A stretch of 61,441 bases of DNA, filler included, from Catajapyx aquilonaris (Eukaryota), in the NCBI GenBank assembly GCA_000934665.2. It is 3 parts of 3 records of this genome, joined end to end, with 100 filler letters (N's around TTAATTAATTAA, not from the genome) between each part and the next. Parts side by side here need not be neighbours in the genome. Positions count along the whole stretch, not along the records: positions 34,859 to 61,441 come from JYFJ02007035.1; 2 more parts are not named here. The stretch is one strand, 5' to 3'. The notes below the pieces were generated by a model that was given only the letters and a program-made list of their open reading frames with translations, ran no database searches and was not told the DNA's origin. The position numbers and the translations under genes are program-made. This document shows positions 38,850 through 51,069 of this stretch, in pieces. The first letter of the stretch is position 1. The number at the start of each line of letters is the position of its first letter.

Positions 38850-39020
38850 AGCAGGATCATCATCTCCCGGTCCCTTCTGGTTTTCGCCCACGGTCAGCTT
38901 GTACTTCTCACCCTCTCCTCCTACCATAAAAGTGTGGTACAAGAGGCGACCCTCTTCTCCCCCTCCCAATCCTCCAGGTCTCATCGGAGTGGAAGGTCAA
39001 GGAGTGAATGTTGTCCAGAA
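38850..39020 (-). pseudogene. Degenerate fibrinogen-domain exon (fourth FReD paralog relic)
   Basis: LDNIHSLT / LEDWEGEKRVA / FMVGGEGEKYKLTVG lie in shifted frames; GGCGACCCTCTTCTCCCCCTCCCAATCCTCCAGGTC is identical to 44315-44350. Confidence 0.8.
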
Positions 39021-39897
39021 GATGGAAATGTGCCTAGGGCTGTAAAAGGTCAAAACTTGTCAGTTGTCACTGTACTCGTCAGCAGTAGTTGTTGGCTCAG
39101 TCCCCGACAAAATATAATATCAAAATATTTCCAGTTCCACAACCTGTCATTAATCCCGATTTTCTCGCAAAAGAGGACAAGTTGTCTCAGTTTTAGTCCG
39201 TTGGCTCGAGAGAGAGAAGTGGTGTCATACAATTACTCTGTCAGTCACCTTAAGTGGTCCGTACACATGAACAAGTACTTAACTTCACATGCGATGGGAA
39301 ATAGTGGGAATCGCACTGAAGCATAATTTCATTTTGAAAATGTTGTTCTTGAACCACGGTGCAGTGCAGCCTTCACATATTTGCTACGGGGTATGTTTTT
39401 ATCTATGTGCATGATACCCCAGTTCTTACATTTTGAGGTGTAAACATGTTTCTGTTCGGACCACTGCACTGTTGGGAACATGTCGAAAAATGAAGTGAAT
39501 ACAAAGCAGCATCTCTTACATTATGTCCCCACTGCAACTATTTCGTATTGAAATCAAGACATCAGAAATGTATGCAATCAGAGTAGCATTTTCTCAGTTT
39601 AAAATTTAGTTGGGCATTCTTTAGCTTGTTGGATCCTTCATCAATATTTGGCATGGATGTTTTGCGATTTTATTACAGGCAAAGGAGAAGAGGCAGTGCA
39701 ACAGTGGAAATGATAATATGGAACTTTTCTTAAATATTGACTTATTAACTTCATATCTTGCGTCATAATAATGTTGCCATACTCACTTCTAATCGAGTTT
39801 TCCCGTCCTCCTTGATTTCTCGTGATTACTTTGCAGAAATGACACCCAAAGTTGCTTTTTAAGGACAATTTTTTTTAACAATATGGAAAGACATTAC

Positions 39898-40102
39898 CAA
39901 TTTGAGCGAATCTGTCGCCCATGGCTTGAATCACGTATTTCATTGCAGTTTCGAGCAATTCTTTAGGGATCCTGTTGGTCACCGACTGACCATGTCTTGG
40001 AACGTTCTCTGCGGGATGGTCATTGTCGGCGACGGGTAATTGGTGTCTCAAACTGCCGAGAAATACCAGGAATAACAAGGCTGCTTGCAAAATAGCCTTC
40101 AT
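39898..40102 (-). CDS. Putative signal-peptide first exon (possibly of the relic FReD gene)
   Basis: MKAILQAALLFLVFLGSL...IQAMGDRFAQI ends at phase-1 donor G|GTAATG, the same phase as exon 1 of the FReD paralogs. Confidence 0.4.
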
Positions 40103-40954
40103 CTCTGACTGAACTCCTCGAAGCGACTGCTGAGAAGTGCCCCGATTTAAAACAAAGAGGCGTAGTAGGCCTATATCTATATGACGTCTGACACCCTTGA
40201 TGTTGCCTTGCTTTGGATGCATTGGGAAGCAGGGCTCGGTTCTGTTCACCTCTGGACCCTGTGGCCTTTGGCTTTACGTGTGGAAGATGGTTGCGAGGTG
40301 GCGTCAGCATGAAACTCCTCTTCTGCAATCTTTCGACTTGCAGAAAGCTGACAAAATTCTATGAAAAACCTGGGTTCCAGATAATCTATACAGTAGATTA
40401 GGTACGTAGGAGTGGTTTAAAAATGAACTGTTAAATTAAATCAAGGACCACATGACACATGAAACCATCTAGGACACACAAACATTTAAAATTATTATTA
40501 TTATACGTAATTCAATAATGGCACGTCCGTTGACGCCCTAGCCTTCTGCAATAGTAACTATGCAAATGTGATATTGTGTTAATCAGTATAGCGTCTGACA
40601 ATGATAAGCGGCAGTATAAGGAAAGAATAGTTCTCAGTGAATATAACGAATGCTAGCAGAATTTATTACGTCACGTACAGCGGTAGTACTTTTTCTGCAA
40701 AAAATGTAAGATGAAGAGGCCATTACTGCCGTGTTCCGAGCATCTGCACCAGCTTTTGTAGTGTGGTTGCCGAGGACGACTTCAAACAATATATTTTCCA
40801 AAACGATAGTATTAATGGACATACAACAACAACAACAACAACAACATATCGACATTTCCCTATGAGGGGTAGTCAGCGATGAAGGGAGACGCAAGCTAAC
40901 CAAACATATGAACTAATAAAACTCATTAATACCCCTCATAGGGAAATGTCGTGA

Positions 40955-40986
<32 letters not shown>

Positions 40987-41415
40987 GTTAATGGACATGA
41001 ATGTAATTATTGTGTCGGAATGTGACCTGCTACTCTGAGGTCTTCAGTTAGAATCCTGGGATGCACAGTACGATGGTGCATTTTATCACGCAATAAACAG
41101 TTTAATGTTTAATGGGATATTTCTGGGTCGCTAATGCTGCGCTAATGTTTTTGAAATATTATTTCGCCCTCTCCTTTCAGTAGGCTACTAAAAATCAATC
41201 GCTACAGATTCATCGTTAGACAGTAGAAAAAGGCGGTAATTTTGCTGGAATCAAATTATTTCGCTGATACCGCGAAAACGATGGTTGCCAGAAAGCATAG
41301 TCTGCAATGTGGGCTATAATATGGCTATAATACTTATTATAATGGTTACATCCGATGATGTCTTCGGGTTGGCAAGTTTGGCTTCGTCCAGGGAAACAGC
41401 AACTTGTCTGTGTCT

Positions 41416-43153
41416 TCACCAATCTCTTGGTCTGACTTTCATCTCCACCATTTTCAGAGAATAAGTGTTTGACTTTTTAAAGTGAAACCAGACGACCCCC
41501 TCTCCAGCAAGCGTGGCGTCGATGTCTCCTCCCAGATATAGCCCGTTCAGATTGGAGTCGTGGCCCGACTTGTACCACCAGGCGCCCAAGAACCATCGCG
41601 CGGAGTTGACCATGGGGATGTCGTCGTTGTCGCTGTCCCTTGTGGTGAAGCCCATCCCTGAGTGGGTCTTGGTGAGAGAGTCTCCGGCTCCTCCTTTCCC
41701 TTCGTTGTAACCCTCCACGTACAGCCTGTACTTGTCACTCTCTCCTCCGACTCTGAAGAGGTCGTACTCTGCGAAGGCCTCGTTTCCTTCCCAGTCCTCC
41801 ATGTCCACCCTCAGACGGACTGGGGTCGAGGAATCCGTTGTCAGGACGTGGATCCGGTCCAGACCTGCAATGATGGGAAGAAGTGGGAACAGACGCTGTG
41901 TAGCAGGCATAGAAAAGTGCAACTCACCCAGCCAGAACTCTCCAGTCAGACTGCCAAACCCTCTCTTGTATTCGTCCCAACCTCTGTAAAAAGAAATGTG
42001 AGGAGGGATGTCGTCTCTCCTCTGGATGACCGTCCATCCCCCTCCGTCAGTGTCAAGGTCGCAATATACCTGAAGAAGACAGATATCAAATGTACTCGAG
42101 AGAAAAGTGCTAGAGGAATTACCCGTCAGTCCTGCCACTTTTCCGAAGTGAATAACCCACCTGGAATTTTTTCCCGGAGACAATGATAGTGTAGACGCCT
42201 GATTCATCGTTCCCTCCTTCCTGAACCTCGGTGCAGTGAGACGCATTCTCATTGTGCTGTACACTCGGAGCGTGGCTCACCGATGCTGAAGTCACCATCT
42301 CCTTCAGCAAACCAGCAAGTCTATCCTCTGCATCCTGAAACACCATCAACAATAATTGTTGATGGTGTTTCAGGATGCAGAGAAATAATATTGGGTTGAA
42401 TTTTCGTCCCACTGTTAGTGACTGCTAGTAACTATATAATAACAACAATTATTGTTGTTATTTTCCATGCTTAACTTCCCGAGTGTTGCAAGCAAAGTAC
42501 GTAAAACTACACAAAGAATGGGTCGAATTTTCGTCCCACTGCTATAGTTACTAGCAGTCACTAACAGTGGGACGAAAATTCAACCCAATATTATTTCTTG
42601 TAAAATATAGGGATGAGAAATGTCCAGAAAGCAAAGGGCAACGTGCTGTGCTTTAATCCCATACCTTCAGGTTCTCCTTTGACGTGACTGTCACAGCCTG
42701 GATGTCTCTCCGAATAGCTCGTGACCTCTTCGAGACAGTCTTCTCCAAATCGCCCAACCTATTCATTGCTTCCTCGGTGTTTTGCTTGATCAAGTGAGCT
42801 GTAATGGGTGTAGCAAATGCGACTGACTGGTATAATTTAAAAATGAGCCACCTCTAAGTGCATATAAGTCACGTATACTGACAGGCGTGAATGACCTGAT
42901 CGTGCACTGCTTTTGTGGCCACCATGCCTGGCTGAAGTGATTCCACCGCCGACCTGACCGCCGACGAGATGTCCTCTTCCAACAATTGGCAGTCGCAGAT
43001 CCTCGAACACGCCTGGTCGTCTGGCAGAAACACACCGTCAGAATCCGGATCAGTAGACTCGGTCAATCCTGTCCCTCCGAACGATAAAACGAGGAATGAC
43101 AACAGCAAGGCCGATCGCCACACAGCACGTGATTCAACCAACATGTTCATCAT
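41416..43153 (-). CDS. Secreted fibrinogen-related lectin (FReD; tachylectin-5/ficolin-like), gene A; exons 42883-43153, 42665-42798, 42161-42334, 41928-42069, 41416-41864
   Basis: Signal peptide, CxxxCxC, coiled coil, then [18 protein letters not shown]...[27 protein letters not shown]...GAWWY...SNLNG...EMKVRP; intron phases are consistent. Confidence 0.92.
42382..42598. mobile_element. Palindromic MITE-like insertion in FReD A intron 2
   Basis: GAAATAATATTGGGTTGAATTTTCGTCCCACTGTTAGTGACTGCTAGTAACTATA has a perfect inverted copy at 42543-42598. Confidence 0.75.
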
Positions 43154-43980
43154 TCTCTGCCTGGTTAATGAATAAAATGGGCCTAAACAGTGTTGCCAAG
43201 AAAGAGACTTTCGGTGCTGTGATTGTGCCGTCTGCAATCACATGACCTATGACCTTCGTCCAAGGCAGCTGTGCCGATGACCCGCGAGGTCATGGGACTA
43301 GACGCGGTTATCAACAAATTGACCGGGTGCTCAAATGTCAGACCAAAAATACAGCACCGCGAAAGAGTGTGAAATCATACCCAAAAATAAATCAACTTAA
43401 TCATTCAAGAGCATAGATCATATATTACGAGCAATATTTCCATTCCAAATTATAGTGGCACAGACTCTATTAGTGTTGCTATTTACTTGCTCCTTTGTGC
43501 ACTCATGAGTGGCTGACGCCAGTGGCTTAGACATGTGCATGATCCTGCCAATTACATGTTTCTTGAGCTAAATTGATGAACGTTGCATGTTATCAAATCA
43601 AGCAATACTTGGCACCACTGAAGTTCTCTTTTGTCATACTTTCCTTCCTATTTCTCGCCCACCTGGCACGCTGTCTGTGTCTTACCTCCGTTGGGTGTTC
43701 CAAAGTTCAATCGAGTAGTCTATAAAATTTATTGTAAAATGCATGTTACGAGAGCTAAGGAAAAAAGGTCCCCGTTAAAAATATTAGGTTGGGCTTCATA
43801 AACCGGTAACCAATGGTGAACGGCTTCAAAATCTAAGAACAGTAGTGCATAATCCACTTCAAATTTATTTTCTATTTAACACACATGGATAATATGTACA
43901 GTAGTTTTCAGGCCACTATACAACATTTTACTTTGTTGTGTTGTTTATATGGATTAGTAGAGGCTTTGTTACAGTCCATT

Positions 43981-45565
43981 TTACTGTTTGGGCCGGACCG
44001 TCATCTGGACTCTCTTGAGCGAGTAATCTTCTCTCCACTTTCTCCATTCCACACCAGCTTTACTCCCTTTGAGGTTGACGCCATTCAGGTTGGATGTGTA
44101 GCAACTCTGGTACCACCACGCCCCTAACCATTCCTGTGCGCAGTTCCTTCCATTCCTACCATCATCGTTGTCCCGGTCCTTTGTGGAGAAGGCACTGCCA
44201 TTATGGTAGGACAGAGAGTCCCCAGGGTCTCACCGATCCCGGTCCTATTCCGTACCCTCCAACATAGAGGCGATACTTGTCTTCTTCCCCTCCAACCCTG
44301 AAGGTTTCGTATTCGGCGACCCTCTTCTCCCCCTCCCAATCCTCCAGGTCCACTCGGAGGCTGACGGGGATCTGACTGGTTAGGGCATGCATGTTATCCA
44401 GACCTGGAAATGTGCAAGTTTGTTCTTTGCACATGCACTCATTAACCCTTCATTACTGACTCACCCAGCCAGAATTCCCCCGCCAAGTCCCCGAAGCCTC
44501 TCTTGTAATCGTCCCAGCCCCTGTAGAAATGGACCATTGGAGTTACCTCGTCTCTCCTCTGGATGACCGTCCACCCTCCTCCCTCTGCTTCCAGGTCGCA
44601 GTACACCTGCAATGGCCACGTTACACTCGTGTGAGAAAGAGGTACTTTTTAATAAATCTCTCCTTGTTGTATGGTATGCACTAACATCAAAGTGAATTAC
44701 TCGCCTGGACTTGCTTCTTGGAGATGGTTACTGTGTAGATGCCGGATTCGCTATCTCCTCCCTTCTGAACATCAGCACAGTGTGACAAATAATTACGTGC
44801 ATTATCCTGCACCTGTGGATCTGTAAAATGTTCACGTATGAGTATAAAATAATAGGCCTTTCAGTAATAATAAAAATCGTAATGTACATTTCTTTTGAAC
44901 CTGGAATAAAACTCCGTGAGTCACGCGCATAATAAATATTCACCAGATGCCATCGCTTTAGAGACGCTGTCCACTTTCTCACGTGCAGTCACATTTATAT
45001 TCAGGTAACCAGCAAGTCTCTCCTCAGCATCCTAGAATACGAGCAGAGGTTTTATCACGACGTGTTGAAGTGTCCTCTCATTTTAAGCAGAGCAACAGGA
45101 GATGAGCTGTAGAGTCATACTCTCAAGTTGGTTTTGGCAGCTTCCATCGCTGCCTGGACATCTCTCCGGGCTGTTCCTACCTCTATGGAGACCTGTTCCT
45201 CCAAGTTGCTCAACTTCCGCATCATCTCCTCGGTGTCAGCTGAAATGAGTGAAGCGCGATGAGGGACGATCAACTAATAAAAATCAGGCATTGACATAAT
45301 AACACTCACAGACATGGATAAACTGGTCGTGCACTTCTTGGATGACCATGTGCTGAAGTGATTCGACCGCTGACCTGACCACCGACGAGATGTCCTCTTC
45401 CGACAATTGGCAGTCGCAGGTCCTCGAACACACCTGGTCGTCTGGAAGAATCACTCCATCAGGAACTGGATCAGTGGCCAACCCTGGTCCTCCGCACGAG
45501 AAGACGAGAAACGACAACAACTGGATTGACCGCATCAGAACACGTGATTCCACCAACATGTTCAT
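43981..45565 (-). pseudogene. FReD gene B; exons 45310-45565, 45121-45239, 44944-45031, 44705-44820, 44465-44606, 43981-44403; one +1 frameshift near 44232 (pseudogene or sequence error)
   Basis: The FReD architecture is complete; the last exon is 1 nt too long, and removing one base restores ...GSGDPGDSLSYHNGSAFSTKDRDND...NCAQEWLGAWWYQSCYTSNLNG...QMTVRPKQ*. Confidence 0.85.
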
Positions 45566-46623
45566 TTCTGCCTGGTTAATGAATAAACAAGACTGCTGGA
45601 TAGTGTTGACAACCAAGAGTCGTTATACTGTCAATGCGTGGTTGAGCAGTGTTCATCATTCATCAGATAAGCAATCGCGATGCCTTTGAGGGGAAGAAGG
45701 CGTGTACAGCAGTGTTCAAATATATCTTGTGCGCTTTTGCCAGATCTACTGAGGGACAAGGTCTAAGGTTATCTGAACCTGAAGTCCTGAACTTTCCTTC
45801 TATACTGGAGGGCCGGCAGTGCCTCAGTGAGAAGAAAAAAAAGCACATGAGCATCGTCCGATTAAGAAGTGACATGGCAAGTGACGGAAGGTCATAGACA
45901 ATTTTCCTTGTTCTATAATATAATCTTTGGGCGCCGCAAACAGCACCAGATATCTACAAACGGTATAATTATGTATATTCGAGGAATGAGATTTGTCATG
46001 TTAGAATCCATATTTTTAAACCTCTCTGTATCAGAGTGTTAAATAGGAAATGGTTAAACTATTCATAAGAAAGTTAAAGTGCAGTAGTGAGTTTTTAAAT
46101 AAATAAGTTTTATTACATGAGATGCTATATAGCAAATCTTGGTCATGTTACAAATATTTACAAATACTACACGTTGTGTGGATAGTAGCTTTAAACGTCA
46201 TTTATTTACTTTATTATATTTACTTTAATTTATTATTCCAAATTATATGCAAATAAACCCCACCATGTCTGATCAATGTTAGCTATAAATTAATAACTTT
46301 GAGCTTTGAAAGCTTGCAATGCTTCTTCACCTTTGCATAATGCAAGTGCACTTGTTCCACTCTTTTCCTTTTTTCTTCTCGGCTTCGTCATTGTACCGCA
46401 AAGAAAAGACCTCGTATGCACTACATTTTAACACGTGGTTCAAATTCATTACGCTTTAACTCTGCGTCCAGACCCCAGGGTCAGTGAGAGCGGTCAAAGT
46501 GACTTACTCCATGATTTTTTATACCATGTAAATATGCAATTCCTTTGTTTTATAGGTTGTGAAGAGAATTCCAATCAACTCATTCACTACAGTTTCACTG
46601 CTCCCGACTGGCGACTGTCGCCT

Positions 46624-48672
46624 TCACAAGTCTTTGGGTCTGATCTTCATCTCTACTTTCTTGAGAGAATAGGTCTGGGACTGCTTCCAGGTGAACCATA
46701 AGACTCCGGCCCCTGGCTTGGCCTCGATGTCTCCTCCCAGATAGACCCCGTTCAGATTGGAGGAGTGGCATTTCTCGTACCACCAGGCGCCAAAGTACCG
46801 CGAGGCGCAGTTCGAAAAGAAAGAGATGTCGTTGTCCCTGTCCCTGGTGGAGAAGGCCATCCCTGAGTGGTCCTTGGCCAGTGAGTCCCCGGCCCCTCCT
46901 TTCCCTTCGTTGTAACCCTCCACGTACAGCCTGTACTTGTCACTCTCGCCTCCGACTCTGAAGAGGTCGTACTCTGCGAAGGCCTCGTTTCCTTCCCAGT
47001 CCTCCATGTCCACCCTCAGACGGACTGGGGTCGAGGAATCCACAGTCAGGACGTGGATCCGGTCCAGACCTGCAATGATGGGATAATGACAAGAGGAGGT
47101 GATGAGTTAGACGCCGTAGCAGCCCGTGCAACTTGAGCGTATATAGTGCAACTCACCCAGCCAGAACTCTCCAGTCAGACTGCCAAACCCTCTCTTGTAG
47201 TCGTCCCAACCCCGATAGAACGACAAGTAAGGAGGGGTGTCGTCTCTCCTCTGGATGACTGTCCATCCCCCTCCGTCAGTGTCAAGGTCGCAATACACCT
47301 GGAATGACCATCGAGGAGGAATAATTGGCACATGAATTACATTCCTTGACACTCCATTTTGTAAGTTGATAGGGTCCTGCTTCACAATGATTCAGGTAAA
47401 TGTCTATGGGGAATTCCTGAGGCATTATAGTTATGTGATTGTTGCTCTGAGATGCTTCATTACTGACATAAATATAATGCTTGATCAATGCTCACTCTCC
47501 AAGTAGTAATAAGGCTGCAGAGAAGACAAATGACAACATCAACTAATTCCTTGATCTCCAGGAGATTATCGGAGAGTTCGGGCCATTTTGTTGAATAATA
47601 TAAGGAAACCCCCTGTTCACGTGTACTGTTCATAGAGTACCTTCCTAACTGAATGACCCACCTCAATAGACTCTTGTTCTTTGTGGAGAGTGATGATGTA
47701 CAGGCCGGATTCGCTACTCCCTCCTCTCTGAACTTCAGCGCAATGTGACGCATTTGCATTAAGCTGCACGCGCGGACCTGAAAATCGTTGTGTAAAAAAA
47801 TCACTCGCTTATGCGTTTCTATGAACGCATCTCCCCGTCAGCCAAATGCGTCTGTTTTCCTTATGGGAGAAGGTGCTCCCATATGAATGTCGCATCATTC
47901 ACCAGGGGAAATAGTAGTACGAGTGGTCCTCCTCCCAGGTTGTCCGGATGCAGTCCGATCCTTGCTCTTCGAATAAGACGTCACTACCGTCTTCAACAGA
48001 CCAGCAATTCTCTCCTCGGCAGCCTGAAACACCAGTCGCAGTTACTGTTAGCACATTAATTGCATCATCCCATTTGAAGCAACAGCAGTTAGCTTCCTAA
48101 ATCCAGTTCTGCACAATATTTGCGTAATAATTGCAAGTACTGTAGTTCCTTGTGACTGTGCGATATTGAACTTGAATTTTGAACCAATCTGCCATTTGAT
48201 TGAGGACTCTGTTCCAACTCGATTTATTATAATTTCATACTTTCAAGTCTTTGTGCGCCATTTCCGTCGCGGCGTGGATTTCCCTCCGAACAGCTCGTGA
48301 CTTCTTCGAGATTTTTTCCTCCAGGTCGCTTAGTCTGTTCGTCATCTGCTGGATTTTGCGCTTATTCATGTGCGCTGCAATGAGTGTAACACCGATCAGT
48401 TCTGACTCACCCTGAGAATGTATAATATACTCACATAGTTGGATGGCCTGGTCATGCACTGCCTGGATGACCATGGGTTGGAGTGTCTTGACCACTTCCT
48501 GGACCACAGTTGAGATGTCCTCATGGCAGTTGCAGGTCCTCCTCGAACACACTTGGTCACCAGGTAGAATCACTGCAGGATCAGTGGTCTCTGCCAGTCC
48601 TCCTCTTCCGCATAAGACGAGGAGAAGCAAGACCCACAGCTGCAGACCACTTGATGGAACCAATTTGTTCAT
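46624..48672 (-). CDS. Secreted fibrinogen-related lectin, gene C; exons 48435-48672, 48241-48374, 47903-48023, 47662-47777, 47157-47298, 46624-47069
   Basis: Signal peptide, coiled coil and an intact FBG domain with [22 protein letters not shown]; all intron phases are consistent. Confidence 0.93.
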
Positions 48673-49255
48673 TTCGAGCAGATTAGTGAATGAACTGGAC
48701 GAAAGTGTGTTTACAAACAATGCCCCTCTGGTGCTTCGAGTGGTTGCGCAGTGTGCATCACATCCGATATAAAAAATATTATTATCTGGGAAACAGTCAA
48801 GTCGACAGTGATGGAAGATATATCAAGTGGCTACTCTTCTGAGTGATGGAGCAGGGACACAGTCAGGGGGTTATCTTAACGTGAACTCTTGCGGCCAAAT
48901 ATAAAATGACACATCCGGGAGAATCACATGCGCCTCAGCCGCAAAATGGGAGGTCTCGGACGCCACATCACCTCTGCCCAGCTACATGCCCCCAAAAGGA
49001 TTCGGAGGATTAATGTGTCTTCAAAATGATGAGGCTGCTCTAATGGGCTGTAAACAAACAAAAACCCTGTCAAAATCAAACTAACGTAAGGTCGGGTATC
49101 ACCAACCTGGTTAAATTTTAGAACCTAGGTTATAACAAGAATTGCCATAGCAACCATTGCTTACAACAATCAAAAGTAACGATTTTCCGAAAAGAAACTT
49201 ACAATACTTGTATTTGTATAATACACTACTTGGCTTTCTTTAATAGGCCTACTTG

Positions 49256-49256
<1 letters not shown>

Positions 49257-49340
<84 letters not shown>

Positions 49341-49616
49341 TCATACCTCGTTATCAGCCATAGGCTCTTTAGGGGGGAAGTTTGTTTTGCCTGGAACTCT
49401 TTGCTTTTCATTTTACTGTGCTCTTTGGGATAGGATAGGGACGGAAGGAAGCGGCTGTGGCCTATTAATTACGGAAGCAACTCCGGAATTTTCCTGGAAG
49501 GACCGTGGGAAACCACAGAAAACCACGGTCAGGGTTGCCGGCCCCGGGATTTGATCCCAGGACCTCCCGATTATTATCAGTCGGACACCGTATCCCCTCC
49601 TCCAAACTGCTTCGGT
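49257..49616 (-). mobile_element. Full-length SINE, family 1, with long (ATT)n tail
   Basis: Homologous to 121-361; TSD TACT(T/C)GCATTAATAATA at 49250-49266 and 49617-49633. Confidence 0.9.
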
Positions 49617-49934
49617 TACTCGCATTAATAATACAAGTACAACCTGCTCTGTTAAACAGGCCACAAAGTAATGTAGGTTTTTGCATCTACTCGACGCCCC
49701 ATCGCGTCGTATCATCTCATCGCCTGGTTATCAAATGGATTTATACTTGTATACGTAAAACAAGAGGAGGCAAAATCAGCTATGAATTTACTAAAGGATG
49801 TTATTATTTTGAACTCATACTATCGCTGCACTGAAAATTGACAAAAACGTGTACTAAATGACCATAAAAGTAGTGTCACCCTTGAGCCCCTTGAGCCCCA
49901 GCTATACCCGCCAGCGCCTAGTTTTCCGCTTACG

Positions 49935-50546
49935 AGTACTCTGAAGATACGGACAATATATTTTACGCCAAATGACAGCTATACTTACCCGATCAGGGAA
50001 AACACTATGAATGTTTCTGGAACAATATTCCTCGTCTAGATGTCCCTAAATTAATTTCCAAAAATATCGCGGTAAAACTAGAAGTTCGAGTACGTCAGGC
50101 ATACTACTTGGCTGATTTAATTCTGAAATACGTTAAAATACACGGAATAACAATATTGATAATAGTACTAGAAGAATGTGCTGAAATCGTCGTACTTTAC
50201 GAGAAATAAATTCTTTCTGATCTGCGGCTTTCCTGTTACTTCGGAAATCTCCCTAATTCATTAAGTTCTCGCAAAGTACGACGACTGATTTCAGCAACTT
50301 ATTCATCTGGCAAGGTTCTCAAGGTTAATATTCCGTATATTTAATGTATTTCATAGTTAAATCAGCGTAACAGTTGGCCGGCAGTTCTCGAATTTCGAGT
50401 TTTTTTTTACAGAGAACTTTTTGGAAATTAATTTAGGAACTTCTAGAGGAGGAAAATTGTTCCAAACACATTCATAGGATTTTCAAGGAACATGTAAGTA
50501 TGCTGTTATTATTTTGAAATATATATTGTCCTTATCTTCAGAGTAC
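49935..50546. repeat. Imperfect ~600-bp palindrome (foldback element)
   Basis: GTACTCTGAAGATA.GGACAATATATTT ... AAATATATATTGTCCTTATCTTCAGAGTAC, centre near 50230. Confidence 0.75.
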
Positions 50547-50817
50547 ATGTAACCTTGGGCAAATCTAGGCTGTGGCCTAACGGTTTGGCCAGTAGTAATT
50601 GAATTTCAAGTTATAACTTTTGAAAATTAATTATTTAAGGGCTTCTAGTTCTAGATGAGTGAAAATACGTAAATACGTTTAAAATTTCAGTGTAATAGAG
50701 CACGGTGTAATTTTATCCCGCACATTATTCTGTCTTGCCGTCGATACATTCACGAAGTAATTCGGATGAGAAACGGCCGAGATAACTAAGGTGTGCAATT
50801 AACTTAATTATGATTAC

Positions 50818-51069
50818 TGTAGTGTCCCACGATCCCACGTCAGGAACACCACGATGAATGATAGGCACAGGACAGCTTTAAAATGTATATTCTTCTCACA
50901 GGTACAAAATAATAAACGTCTGATCTCTAGAACAGTCACTCAACGACTCACGTTCCAAACACTCTCAAACCCCACAATACCTTGGCTACATAGCAACCGT
51001 TACCATTAACCACAAGCATTCTCCTGAAAACAGTAAACTGTCTTGTTGCCAGGACTCGATCACTATACA
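50818..51069. mobile_element. Solo LTR (gypsy-like)
   Basis: TGTAGTG...CACTATACA termini, 4-bp TSD TTAC, internal AATAAA. It interrupts a sequence that is contiguous in the paralogous copy at 60030-60070. Confidence 0.75.

Noticed and set aside
41416..42264. Single 282-aa FReD ORF
   Set aside because: It reads through two stop-free introns and starts out of frame with exon 3; the spliced model matches the paralogs.
44040..44075. Second frameshift in FReD B
   Set aside because: On recount the frame is open (LKGSKAGVEW); exon length requires only one extra base.
49226..49433. Poly-Leu/poly-Asn ORFs (also poly-Ile 26283, poly-Cys 40634 and 60107)
   Set aside because: Translations of retroposon microsatellite tails.
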